Shown one piece after another: positions 12,001 to 17,550 of a DNA stretch of 32,000 nucleotides (position 1 is the first letter of the stretch; each line of letters begins with the position of its first letter). The notes below the pieces were generated by a model. The model had not been told where the DNA came from. It worked only from the letters and a program-made list of their open reading frames with translations, and ran no database searches. The stretch is taken from NCBI RefSeq assembly GCF_015840715.1, contig NZ_CP060397.1, positions 1,662,686 to 1,694,685 of the forward strand. The letters are read 5' to 3'. The position numbers and the translations under genes are program-made. Source of the stretch: Synechococcus sp. CBW1004. Lineage in GTDB: Bacteria; Cyanobacteriota; Cyanobacteriia; PCC-6307; Cyanobiaceae.

Positions 12001-13987
12001 AGCGAAGAACCGGCTGGAAGGCGCCTAGCAGACTGAAGCCGACTTCTGCGAGAAACCTGTCATTAAAAAAGGCGTTATTACTGGCTCCAAGCAAGCCAGC
12101 ACTGAAGCTGATAACATTGAATAAATTAGCCTCAAAGCCCAGTCCATTCCAGGTGATACCGGCACTCAGCGCTGTGGCGTTGTAGAGGCTCTGCTTGCTC
12201 TCCAGATTGGCCGGCTGCCGCACGGCCACACCCACTGGAGCGAGCAGGGACGAAGCTGTACCAACCAGGGCAAGCGCATAATTGATATAGGCCCCAGCGC
12301 GGGCATCAGGGTTATTGAGAGCACTCTGTTCCTCAAGCGCTGCTCCACGGAGGTTCACCCCATTGAACCCATTATACCCACGAGCAAGTGGCTTGTATAT
12401 CCCAGCACTGGCCAGAAAGCGAAGCGCGGTGGCGCTGTCTGCCGCCAACCCCACCACTTCGGGCAGGATTCCACCTGCGCCGGGGATGGGCAACCCATTA
12501 TTGGAGAGCGTTTGCACCCACTGATAACCAAAGGAATCAGCGGCCTTGATATTAAAGACTTGAAGGACCGGAAATCCAGCGTCTGCCTTGAGCAGCTTTC
12601 TCCGGGTATAGAAGGCACCCAGGTCGAAGGAAACTGCCTCCCGACTGGCGACCTTGATCGGGAGCTTTGGCTGGGCGCTCAGACTGGAATAGAGAAATTC
12701 CGAGCCAACTGATCCCGCAGCCCCAAATGCATAATTCTTGGAGACTTTAGCCTCCCCTGCAAGCAAAAACCTCACTTGATCATTAAGAGATCGCACTGCA
12801 TCCGTTGTCGAATTAACGAATGCCAACTTCGCAAAGCTATCAAATGCCGGCCCCTCTCCCGTGTTCAACAAGCCAAACGATCCCCTCACGTAAACGCCCC
12901 AGCGCCAGTCGCCACTACCACTACTCGCCCTGCTGACATCACCTCCAATGAACGCAGAGTTTCCGCCTGTGAGAACAATGGGTCCCAGGCCCTTGCTGAG
13001 AAAGGATGATGACTGGCTCCGCGGCCGTTCGAAATCGTTACTAAGAACGCTAAGCCTGTTGCTCACTCTCCGGCCATCTTCGAGAATGACAACCGGCTCA
13101 CCAGCGGCGGAGGCGAAGGAGCTGGAGCGCGATGAGATATCGTCGCTGACGAAATTTTTATTCTGTGCAGTATATGTAGGGAAACTGATCTGCCACTTCA
13201 CAGGCCGCCCCAGCGCGCCAAAGTTCAGAAAGCCATTGCCGCCCGTGGTCGTCTGGCCACCCAGGAAGGTTCCACTTGCCTCCACGCCTCCCAAGCCGCT
13301 GCCCGGCAGCGCATTGTTGCCGCTGAAGACCAGAGTGCTGCGGTTGAACTGGATCCCCTCCCCCGTGGCCACCCTCGGCGCCGCCAGGGGCGCGCTGGCG
13401 GGATTGAGCACCAGGTCCTGCAGGCTGCTGCCGCCCGCCGCCTGCAGGCCATAGCCGCTGGGGCTGTCGGCATCGCGCTGGAGAGCGAAGTCTTCGCGAT
13501 ACAGCTCGGTGTCGGGCCTGGCGATCCCCAGGACAGTGGCCGTGCCCTCGCCTCCAGGCCGTTCCTCCTGCTTCTGGCTCACCAGCGAAAAGCCGCCGTT
13601 CAGCCCCGCCACCAGGCTGTACTCCTTCTCGTTGACGCCATTGCTGGTCAGTGGCTGCGGAGCGCTCCACTGCAGCTCGCCGTCGCTGCTCCACTGCCCG
13701 AACACCGCCTGGATCTCACTGCCATTGCCGCGGCCGGTGCGGTAGGCCACCACCAGGCCCGGATTCCAGGTGCCCGAACTGGAGCTGGAACTCGTGGGCC
13801 AGAGCTTGTCGAGGTAGAGCACGCTGAGGCTGTCGCCTCCCACCGCGCCGGGCACCACCTCGCCCTGCTCCCAGCGCCCCGCTTCAGGATTCCACTGGCA
13901 CTGCAGCAGCAGGCCGTTATCCACAAGGAAGCCATGGCTGGTGCCGTTGGCATCGATGACGGCCTGAAAGGAGCTGGTGGTCGGCAT
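1..13987 (-). CDS. Giant multi-repeat secreted/cell-surface protein, partial (at least 4662 codons in window; 3' end lies beyond base 1)
   Basis: Own translation of the minus strand. ATG 13987-13985 is preceded by AAGGGGG 8 nt upstream. An alternative in-frame ATG lies at 14059 and an in-frame stop at 14090-14092. There is no stop down to base 2, and no listed minus ORF shares this frame. Motifs: DxNGDGxxD FG-GAP/VCBS-like loops (ADLNGDGHDELIVAAP ~7395-7445; GDVNGDGYDDLMV ~3460-3497); Asp-boxes SSDGGNTW (5351-5387) and STDAGSTW (4322-4357); LamG-like NDGNWHYVVATY..LYIDGK..IDEVAFY (~8700-8945); RTX-like GGRDLILAGSGNDAI (~1255-1345); Calx-beta-like AEAGRHYTPVAGLVIFKPGEARQEITVPI (~470-660). The N-terminus MPTTSSFQAVIDANG has no signal-peptide character. 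Confidence 0.85.
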   Translation of the reverse strand, partial: MPTTSSFQAVIDANGTSHGFLVDNGLLLQCQWNPEAGRWEQGEVVPGAVGGDSLSVLYLDKLWPTSSSSSSGTWNPGLVVAYRTGRGNGSEIQAVFGQWSSDGELQWSAPQPLTSNGVNEKEYSLVAGLNGGFSLVSQKQEERPGGEGTATVLGIARPDTELYREDFALQRDADSPSGYGLQAAGGSSLQDLVLNPASAPLAAPRVATGEGIQFNRSTLVFSGNNALPGSGLGGVEASGTFLGGQTTTGGNGFLNFGALGRPVKWQISFPTYTAQNKNFVSDDISSRSSSFASAAGEPVVILEDGRRVSNRLSVLSNDFERPRSQSSSFLSKGLGPIVLTGGNSAFIGGDVSRASSGSGDWRWGVYVRGSFGLLNTGEGPAFDSFAKLAFVNSTTDAVRSLNDQVRFLLAGEAKVSKNYAFGAAGSVGSEFLYSSLSAQPKLPIKVASREAVSFDLGAFYTRRKLLKADAGFPVLQVFNIKAADSFGYQWVQTLSNNGLPIPGAGGILPEVVGLAADSATALRFLASAGIYKPLARGYNGFNGVNLRGAALEEQSALNNPDARAGAYINYALALVGTASSLLAPVGVAVRQPANLESKQSLYNATALSAGITWNGLGFEANLFNVISFSAGLLGASNNAFFNDRFLAEVGFSLLGAFQPVLRYTTSYTASGDPTVTPAPPSTSAPQGSPGLAGEGVGAAQPVEGTDPSPFYYNPSLGSTASDGAGASTLSSTVSTLYSLVVSAGPTDLVGTRLFQLSGSSGRGLNDGSYTNVRLLGVVPEDSNSYAEASIVVTGGAITSVVITKTGTYLYLPPYSTIGNTDSAGEVVLVPEFYTVNPATGTSLADPAAVAQGSVVLPTILVTTNPPAGDPPAQLSKTPISVFSQVTVASGGSGYPLWDASTATATAPVPGDNTPYTYSRVLCTISAADGSGPITDLQGATSTYATVVLVGGKIQKVILDQPFYTTAVASAAGYSLDLQLPEGVLPTAAASLSLTPSSASYNNFVDDGSFSAQAFAPGSEPTGAGVYIAAGNTDSAPLYANQQALPLQSRVVYRDSDGNSTYLNAISWMAATPTQPAYWGVTNNRAVLPVDGYQSTLPEFSLASQPVSTQVSSTGEPLVAWVENLTSQGVVQRAIPYSGANGLESYQSFIGDVYSNQRIAYSYKNRRGEWETNPLYYIAADGAIIQNLQVVDTTPVGSGIPKVLMVWTETSIEAMQGLKPQLSSLQNGFIPTVIKSALFDPLSGRFSTPQEVPWDPSTEVGLGVTDLNLSSHWSLAADGSLVQTPSLSWSQYVATPYQQSVLNSSPVVYDPLNLEGPGLSNNNLGNLANSPLTLTSASSTGLQFGVAGALQINSDAAVQNSDGTGVLSIGVGSLNGYEQALAAQSGVPSTTAGQALPRSPYSLEFWVKAPAGTNPEGAGLLALGQPSEAAVGAAVLPQGWSLTSSFVVEQLTWAQAAAQGLIASSAIPSGQENDLYGYIWGLVADGANSTASGASNPGGSNLYSNALSITNLVAGNALPGMAQFLASYGLSSDVLTGSSGVSASLLATVPVTELQFNTALVDGNPSSSLNAIAVDTSSALINSGVVTADSSSWTDNANLQSLFANLWAYQQSYGKPKVNFTLDPASSSAPSASTPSATAQEQYAAYALNFQLNQSTAVSINASGKLVFDVGAASSLLSDAAINDGNWHYVVATYLPDYALATIADRQYQVPLLTGTASLYIDGKAAAAPLSIDDVFSPTTEAESALLLYGNAGGSIDEVAFYTTALTAVEAKPAVFDPQNPWPMMSGREAVELVQALGYDIAQLNQNPGVEIGAINQHWQARSVDPNGAENATFTATYATDASGDAVWTQARPLNLQAAPIATLPSATRPTLAEDLAIVTVSGDDWSSFNPAQRTLASVTAQYGTVVNGAFTPVGSAFNLAPDQILLGNSTLQQLQPAGSDTNLSYTFLSNTPELNLLVPLSEELALQQRQSGNAYAVRYNLNFAPNLTSTTPPPTVLSGTVTPSRLLPVRQQLNPSALQKKSFFPRAIATADVLEQATSQLQYIDSGVVIQRQSVPSASNPALPTPIQGFGYSTMAGRFNSDTSTPSGWLAIAQPFTPTAGSNPAGRIWIQYTGQYPSSGNPSTAESPITWLNALARSSFSDAVPNLPLLNDARNPSSGGGLLIQADPTAGWGGNIGNTMLVADLNGDGHDELIVAAPNTNLGGTVYIIDGSWIQANLATNPEILDLSNPENLGDVVTVLTPDAAGGLPAGDDNSNALFGTALAFDGTNLIIGAPGYRRQLVNGDSSTAVSIGAVYRFNAKVQALGSPNPSLSQQLGTGGSLKSLNPLGETVNSYWGEQLGSAITASPETGEVAIAASGYTAALQYSGKQVVQNELDANSSPGSFGDGALLKLQLGSALNTTAGSGSYADVANASQGNGAEASGYMQRLKALMTDPIAKATSYVDQSLTANAVGAVYYYAAASAVSQPTATFYGPSPWNTGPTGFGSSLAFADPNNTNTKTLVIGAGTSGGPGATYFIAPEKLPATALVDASSGSPQYLAYLSAGLTLYGNDTTDQFGYGLASGDVNNDGYDDVLIQAPNAGSSQGAGYLVFGTDSIDYANAFLAGDGPYTGTIGAGGIGSVSNNAGSLALDVLVESNAVANAETGRGSFNIKDVDGNGIPDILLGARGAGSAYITYGKDYLADISSFQLNKLASNNGFILEGLASTAQGSLRSIGDINGDGYGDFFSRQDGALTSTIRIELGASTEDILAQAAKSFISFSVSSDTQVLAAGDVNGDGLSDLALFRQVDVPGDNSPGAGSLTGLLFGDVSSSLQLGENAGLLVDPYSAPLAQQISDGLTDQAPAMTAVGDTLYSVVKGLANTNLYINSSSDGGNTWQAWFDITTESQAGVATKLGASIAYFDGLLQLAYVDATTGTICLTSLNPDGEADGWSVPQRLPGFTTSAPPLLLDEGSRLALYWLGEAGTIQQAFFTPSDGPQGNWTSPQAITTPTGEPITSLTALSGVVSGGRTILAYGGSSADAASLGQPTVELIASTPSDLAYTSLDSLLSADRVADQAPGLTLTSTGPALTYTTNAGTVQLGTLDLAAASISGEEPFWSFASVAGLNTQLATTPLFHQGALLINSSLASNDAVELTAIGTSSGVTWLNTTAELGAGQSQSLSQRAGVANPVNQPVWSGAIGGASPSAPSMATSGSTISLAVQGTDNRIYWNQSTDAGSTWSGWEALPSGMTTYKSPSIAVFNGELYLCYLGEGNNLINITRYVNGSWVTQYQIPGQSATAATLLTEGDKLAVYFTANDSRDLILKAYSASPASSSGWSTTAINYANGTQTFPQTASSAIAATRFNGQTYLAYFGGTSSNPSSRIFITTTPDSQVDSSAAWEFPSTLNEGTTPPVLANGLGLALTSDGTNLVLSYADTATGNKTQLLRSGDGANWVADFGSLAAFDSNAAIALGYSQAAGARAPSLVAAGINSSEAIQFFGAPNTASLSASQVASSLQAVGDVNGDGYDDLMVTAANVAYDPTGSGQFTGPDARALSTARLLLGAPTPTDLAAQVQVGASQALIQAFEAPALGTEAPQLRPTGAPAPAAKPLQVATALAFAQRTPAGNLLSPSWPVTEAEMLAKASDPASLLTVSNLLLPSGVMLPEPAAASTGQGGLNSAAGYGDLNGDGYTDYLAADGLLNPYAPAGSGYGVWSIRAAGDVNGNGCDDVFLALSPVETAGQFIQSVLVDGALFHVVDNQFSLNQAGLSSSSSGAIWTTPGLKAALDPYTYAYNDPTGGDSIPSLQTWFEGIQSYQGASSLTAAPTLATGAKINGGGGMVALAGDGSGLIFAPSTNSLTGSYYFGTLADSSWQFRSQPILSGKTASNFAWFEGRLYAAFTSTTGSGKSAEDNVIGFAYCSDPTAVDPVWTVVSTLNGEKALSSPVLVNEGSYLALYFVGTDSKIHYLFSSDPSSQAQSSSGSTGSSWGSSLQAGSAGSDDAFVGTSGVVLYSGGVQTSSGQLSAVRFQGRTVLAYFSGTSKNPEAGIGITMQPTATPWLDNNWGNVQFVSATATSSGDLALAATSTQLYLTANVPKASPRLYTASATRSNNSGAPVLNWSSGQAFTGFNTTSFAGIPQLATVGGRLFSVVSADNKTYAVTLDPSLAPAAQQSLAGYSIDANLDINGDGFQDLLISDPSNPSLGLDNQYALFGGDFLDIGTLIGTPADDTQIGTPLGDVIYALEGSDVIISHGGRDLILAGSGNDAISIIDARFRRVDGGIGVDSLQLEGQVNQDWNFSLNTAAINPAAFSIRPGNQLRSIEVISSQGYGANTLQIDAAAINAINNNHTLFLTPDATDSILLSGDLQRDSSRDTVYAGLRWNAFSGSTTAALLYVAVPSSETALTPSGENAWLASHVSAVRSQAAAAALSSQPSASSEPADPLLPSAISSEVDFGRGLRLLSYKTFDASDRVRFVVERFDTSSRQLVAYASTPANSSAEAGRHYTPVAGLVIFKPGEARQEITVPINSEAFQRLRGARLSLQVEELPDLGQMQERHLLFEPAADGRGSLPVLSGFGFAVDPSSRKATLSFRADANNAGDASTSLSFAIAQRSAADAAPTGGQSVAILDAVRLAPDAAPPAYNQDPNGLALDTDGSTNAQVRSQLTLDLMASGNDPALFLSGPDL

Positions 13988-14012
13988 GACAGACGCCCCC
14001 TTCTGGAGGCGC

Positions 14013-14026
14013 GGATCAGGTGATCC
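14013..14026. promoter_or_regulatory. Perfect inverted repeat GGATCA-GG-TGATCC upstream of the giant ORF (candidate operator)
   Basis: Read directly as ggatcaggtgatcc, 26-39 nt upstream of ATG 13987. Another GATCC follows at 14032-14036. The function is pure inference. Confidence 0.2.
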
Positions 14027-14251
14027 TTCGATCCTGCGCTGGCTGCAGCGCTTTGCCATTCCTACAAATGTCGGGTCTGTGGGCTTCCGTCACCACCGCT
14101 GCAGCGGCTCTGCACGAATGGCCGCGCAGTCGCGATGGCGGCAAGCTCCGCCAATCCAGGCTCGCCTGGGGCGGCATCGGCAAGAACTCGAGCGCCCTCC
14201 TGGAAGACGGAGCGACCCATCGCTGCGGCGGGGGCTCCTGTCGCGCGCGTT

Positions 14252-14950
14252 TCAGCGCCCGACGCCCCGTTCGCGGATCAGGCCCAGGGCCAGAGCCCTG
14301 GCCAGAACCTCGGTGCGGTTGCAGACCCCCAGCTTGCGGATCAGGCTGCTGACGTAGTCGCGCACTGTCGTGGTGGCGATGCCGCTCTCCTGGGCGATCG
14401 CCTTGTTGGTGAGCCCGCGCGACAGACCGACCAGCACCTGCTGCTCGCGGCCGCTGAGGACGATGGCGGCCTCCTGCTGCAGCCGCTCGCCAAGACGCGG
14501 GTCGAGGAAGGTCTGCCCATGGCGCAGCGCCTGCAACGCCCGGATCAACGTGCCGCTGCCGAAGCTCTCCACATGCACGATCGCCTGGGCCTGGCAATCA
14601 GCCAACGACTCGGCCGTCAACCAATGATCCTGCTGCACCAGCAGCAGGATCAGAACCCGGAACTGGCTGCGCCGCAGGCGGCGGATCAGCCGACGGCCCT
14701 GATCGGCGGCGATGCTGTCGGTGAGCATCACCAACACGTCGCCGCCCTCAGCGGCCTGCTGGTGCACCAGATCCCACACCTCCTGCTCGTTGATGCCGCT
14801 GCCGCAGAAATTCGGCACGCGCGCCGTCAAGGCCAGCCGCGCCACCAGATGGGCCTCCAGCCACGAGCCGGTGCCGGCCACGATCGGCCAGCTGCCCAGC
14901 AGCGCATTCACCAGCCGGGTGCGGCGGATGAAGCCCGGGCTGGTGGGCAC
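14252..14950 (-). CDS. LuxR/NarL-family transcriptional regulator with a degenerate receiver-like N-terminal domain
   Basis: The C-terminal GerE-type HTH reads LSGREQQVLVGLSRGLTNKAIAQESGIATTTVRDYVSSLIRKLGVCNRTEVLARAL. The N-terminal half has receiver-like spacing (PIVAGTGSW.., VLVMLTDS, RVLILLLVQQD, AIVHVES) but lacks the acidic pair and the conserved Lys. The first start is GTG 14950; GTG 14911 is also possible. Confidence 0.8.
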   Translation of the reverse strand: MPTSPGFIRRTRLVNALLGSWPIVAGTGSWLEAHLVARLALTARVPNFCGSGINEQEVWDLVHQQAAEGGDVLVMLTDSIAADQGRRLIRRLRRSQFRVLILLLVQQDHWLTAESLADCQAQAIVHVESFGSGTLIRALQALRHGQTFLDPRLGERLQQEAAIVLSGREQQVLVGLSRGLTNKAIAQESGIATTTVRDYVSSLIRKLGVCNRTEVLARALALGLIRERGVGR

Positions 14951-15104
14951 GAAGCGCAGCGCATGGCTGCTGGTGAACGGCGGGAGGTCGGTTTCGACGA
15001 TGGGAGCAACCCCTGAGCCTGGAGGGGGACATCATCCTCGCGTCCTGTCAATCCATCCACCGACAGAGTCCCCACCCTGACGCCACCCCTGCGCAGGCTG
15101 CGCT

Positions 15105-15121
15105 CCAGCAGGCGCTGCTGG
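15105..15121 (-). terminator. Hairpin CCAGCAG-gcg-CTGCTGG just downstream of the amidohydrolase stop (no U-tract)
   Basis: Perfect 7-bp inverted repeat read directly, 13 nt after stop 15134-15136 on the minus strand. No T-run follows, so intrinsic-terminator function is uncertain. Confidence 0.25.
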
Positions 15122-15133
15122 GATGGCACCACC

Positions 15134-16498
15134 TCAGGTCGCCCTGCCCAACCGTTCGAGAATCTGGTGGCGCAGGGCCAGGGCCTCGGTTTCGATCGAG
15201 GTCTGATCCAGGGTCTGCAGCTGGCGATCACGCAACAGAACCCGGCCCTCCACAAGCACCGAGGCCACATCACTGGCCTTGGTCGCGTACACCAGTGCCG
15301 AATAGATGCTGCTGAGCGGAATCTGATTCATCGCTTCCATCTCCAGCACCACCAGATCCGCCCGCTTCCCCACCTCCAGTGAACCGATCTGATCGTCGAG
15401 GTGCAGAGCCCGGGCGCCGCGGATCGTGGCCAGCTCAAACGCCTCCTGGGCAGAAACCACCTTGGGATCGGCCGCGATCAGCTTGTGCAGCTTGGCGGCG
15501 GTATCGATCTCCTCCCAGAGGCTCAGGTCGTTGTTGGAGGCGGAGCCATCGGTGCCCAGCCCCACTGCAAGATCCCGCTCCAACATCGCCGGCAATGGAG
15601 CCACCCCTGAGGCCAGTTTCATGTTGGACTGCGGGTTGTGCACCACGCCCACGCCATGGTCGCGCAGCAGATCGAGCTCGTGGGCTTCGGCCCACACCAC
15701 ATGGGCCGCCACCATCCGCTCACTCAGTAGCCCCAGGCCCGCCAGATGCTCCACCGGCCGGGCGCCCTTCAACCGCTGGCTCTCCTGCACCTCATGGCGC
15801 GTTTCAGCCAAGTGGATGATCAGCCGGCAATCGCGCCGCTCAGCGAAGGCCTGGGCTTCACGCAGATGCTCATCGCCCACCGTATAAGGCGCATGGGGGG
15901 CGATCGCCGGGATGATCAGGGCATGGCCCTGCCAGCGCTCCACAAAGCGCTCGATGCAGGCCATGGCAGCATCATGGTCGCTCGCGTCGGGGGCTGGGAA
16001 GTCGATCAGGGCTTGACCCAGCAGGCCGCGCAGCCCGGCGGCCGCCAGCTCCTCGGCCACCGCCATCTCGTAGTAGTACATATCGCAGACAGTGGTGATG
16101 CCGCCACGAATCAACTCAGCGGCGCCCAGGCGGCTGCCGCAGCGCACGAAGGCCTCATCCACGTTCATGGCCTCGGCCGGGAAGATCGTGTGCTGCAGCC
16201 AGTCATCGAGGTCCTGATCGTCGGCCAGGCCGCGGAACAGGGTCATCGGTAGATGGGCATGGCCGTTGATCAGGCCCGGGATCACAGTGCGGCCGCTGGC
16301 ATCGAGGCGCTCAGCCGCCTGGAACATCGCCTCCACCCGTTCGCGACTGTCAACCGCCACGATCCGTCCCTCAGCGATCGCCACCGCCCCATCGGCGATC
16401 ACCCGCCGCTGCGGATCCATCGTGACCACCAGACCGCCGGCCACGATTCGATCCACCGGGCGACGAGGGCCGGCGTCAACGGGACGAGGAAGAGTCAT
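15134..16498 (-). CDS. Metal-dependent amidohydrolase, MtaD/TrzA-like (5-methylthioadenosine/S-adenosylhomocysteine deaminase family)
   Basis: 454 aa. Motifs: VVTMDP..IADGAVAIAEGRIVAV, PGLINGHAHLPMTLFRGLADD..LDDWL (HxH metal site), GTDGSASNNDLSLWEE. The pattern is typical of the MtaD-type deaminase subfamily. Confidence 0.85.
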   Translation of the reverse strand: MTLPRPVDAGPRRPVDRIVAGGLVVTMDPQRRVIADGAVAIAEGRIVAVDSRERVEAMFQAAERLDASGRTVIPGLINGHAHLPMTLFRGLADDQDLDDWLQHTIFPAEAMNVDEAFVRCGSRLGAAELIRGGITTVCDMYYYEMAVAEELAAAGLRGLLGQALIDFPAPDASDHDAAMACIERFVERWQGHALIIPAIAPHAPYTVGDEHLREAQAFAERRDCRLIIHLAETRHEVQESQRLKGARPVEHLAGLGLLSERMVAAHVVWAEAHELDLLRDHGVGVVHNPQSNMKLASGVAPLPAMLERDLAVGLGTDGSASNNDLSLWEEIDTAAKLHKLIAADPKVVSAQEAFELATIRGARALHLDDQIGSLEVGKRADLVVLEMEAMNQIPLSSIYSALVYATKASDVASVLVEGRVLLRDRQLQTLDQTSIETEALALRHQILERLGRAT

Positions 16499-16589
16499 GG
16501 GTCAGCGGCAGCAGACTGCGGCGCCAGTCTCGGCAGAGCGCACGACCAGCGCCACCGATCCACCGGAGGCTTCGTTCACGGGAGTGCTG

Positions 16590-16616
16590 ACAGAAGGAGA
16601 CCCGCCATGCGGCGGG
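16590..16616 (-). terminator. Candidate intrinsic terminator (CCCGCC-gcat-GGCGGG followed by UCUCCUUCU) between the TVP38 and amidohydrolase genes
   Basis: 6-bp GC stem at 16601-16616 read directly. The downstream pyrimidine/U-rich tail on the minus strand is weak. Confidence 0.3.
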
Positions 16617-16790
16617 CCCAGCCAAGGCCTGCACCCGACAAGCAGCGGCACCATTTCTGCCGGGTCCAGGTTCTGCTCCAACGTCGGTGGGCGATCGATG
16701 GCCACACCAGGACGTTCAGCCCGGCCTTCGTGTGGCGACCACGACCGGAGCACACCGCTGCACTGGAGTGACGGCAGAGCCCCCGGGTGA

Positions 16791-17324
16791 TCAGTCGCGA
16801 CCGGCAGACTCCTCAACGTCGGTCAGCAGCACGCGCCGCAGGCCACGCCCCAGCGTCCACAGCACGGCCGCCGTGGCGACCAGGCCCAGCAGCCAGGCGG
16901 TCAGGGCCAGGGGTGAAAGGCCACCACGACCCACCTCGCCCCCCAAGGCGCCGGCCAGCACCATCAGCGTGAAGCGCGGCAGCAGGGCCAGGCTGCCCAG
17001 GGCGTAGGTCCGCAGCGGTGTGGGCGACAGCGCGCAGCTGGCATTCACCAGGTTCATCGGCAGCAGCGCCAGCCGAACCATCACCATCAGTCGCAGCGAA
17101 GCAGGCTGCTGCAACAACCGCCTGAGCCGCCGCCCGCGACGCCGCCGCTCCAGCCAGGGCTGCAGCCGCGGCCGCAGCACACCACGGCAGAGCCGCCAGT
17201 TGAGCGTCAGCCCCAGCACCTCGCCCGACAGCACGGTGACGAGTCCGACCCAGGGACCGAACAGCACACCGCCTCCCACCACAAGCGCACCGGCAGGCAA
17301 ACCGAGCCCGACCGCCAGGGCCAC
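16791..17324 (-). CDS. TVP38/TMEM64 (DedA/SNARE-associated) family membrane protein; ORF as listed starts at GTG 17324, but see the finding on an in-frame TGA
   Basis: Motifs LPAGALVVGGGVLFGPWVGLVTVLSGEVLGLTLNWRLCRG and MVRLALLPMNLVNASCALSP match the family signature (P-x-x-x-x-x-x-G-x-x-FG, then L-x-P-x-x-x-x-N). An upstream in-frame ATG at 17390 is separated from this ORF by TGA 17364-17366. Confidence 0.75.
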   Translation of the reverse strand: MALAVGLGLPAGALVVGGGVLFGPWVGLVTVLSGEVLGLTLNWRLCRGVLRPRLQPWLERRRRGRRLRRLLQQPASLRLMVMVRLALLPMNLVNASCALSPTPLRTYALGSLALLPRFTLMVLAGALGGEVGRGGLSPLALTAWLLGLVATAAVLWTLGRGLRRVLLTDVEESAGRD

Positions 17325-17524
17325 GAGCAGTAGGTAGAGAAGCGGGTGAATGGTGAGCCCTCGTCAGAACCCAGCGGCCCTCGTTGTCATCACAGGGCTT
17401 CAGATCGGGCGAGACCCTAGCTGACAGAACACCTCATGACTCCTCCCCGGCACAACACCCAGTGACGCGCAGCTTGCTGCAGGAGCGATGCCCCCACCGT
17501 TGCGTGTCGGATCCGGAAGTCGTT

Positions 17525-17550
17525 GTGTGCGCCGGCTTCGCGGCGCACAC
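17525..17550 (-). terminator. Strong 10-bp GC hairpin GTGTGCGCCG-gcttcg-CGGCGCACAC downstream of the hydrolase gene fragment
   Basis: Perfect inverted repeat read directly. No U-tract on either strand, so its role is uncertain. It marks the point where similarity to the second repeat copy ends. Confidence 0.3.

Noticed and set aside
16502-16816. 104-aa minus ORF filling the gap between the TVP38 and amidohydrolase genes, ending 4 nt before the amidohydrolase ATG.
   Set aside because: Its start overlaps the TVP38 3' end and its composition is Pro/Gly/Ser/Arg-rich with no motif. Third-position GC is only moderate, and a hairpin terminator candidate lies inside it. I cannot fully exclude a small real gene, so it is left uncalled.
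17417-17437. Mini-ORF MRCSVS* resembling the Coq4-family start MRASLRR, as a possible remnant of a duplicated Coq4 copy downstream of the hydrolase fragment.
   Set aside because: Only six codons, with spacing from the hydrolase stop that differs from the full copy (157 vs 227 nt). The surrounding spacer sequences are not similar.
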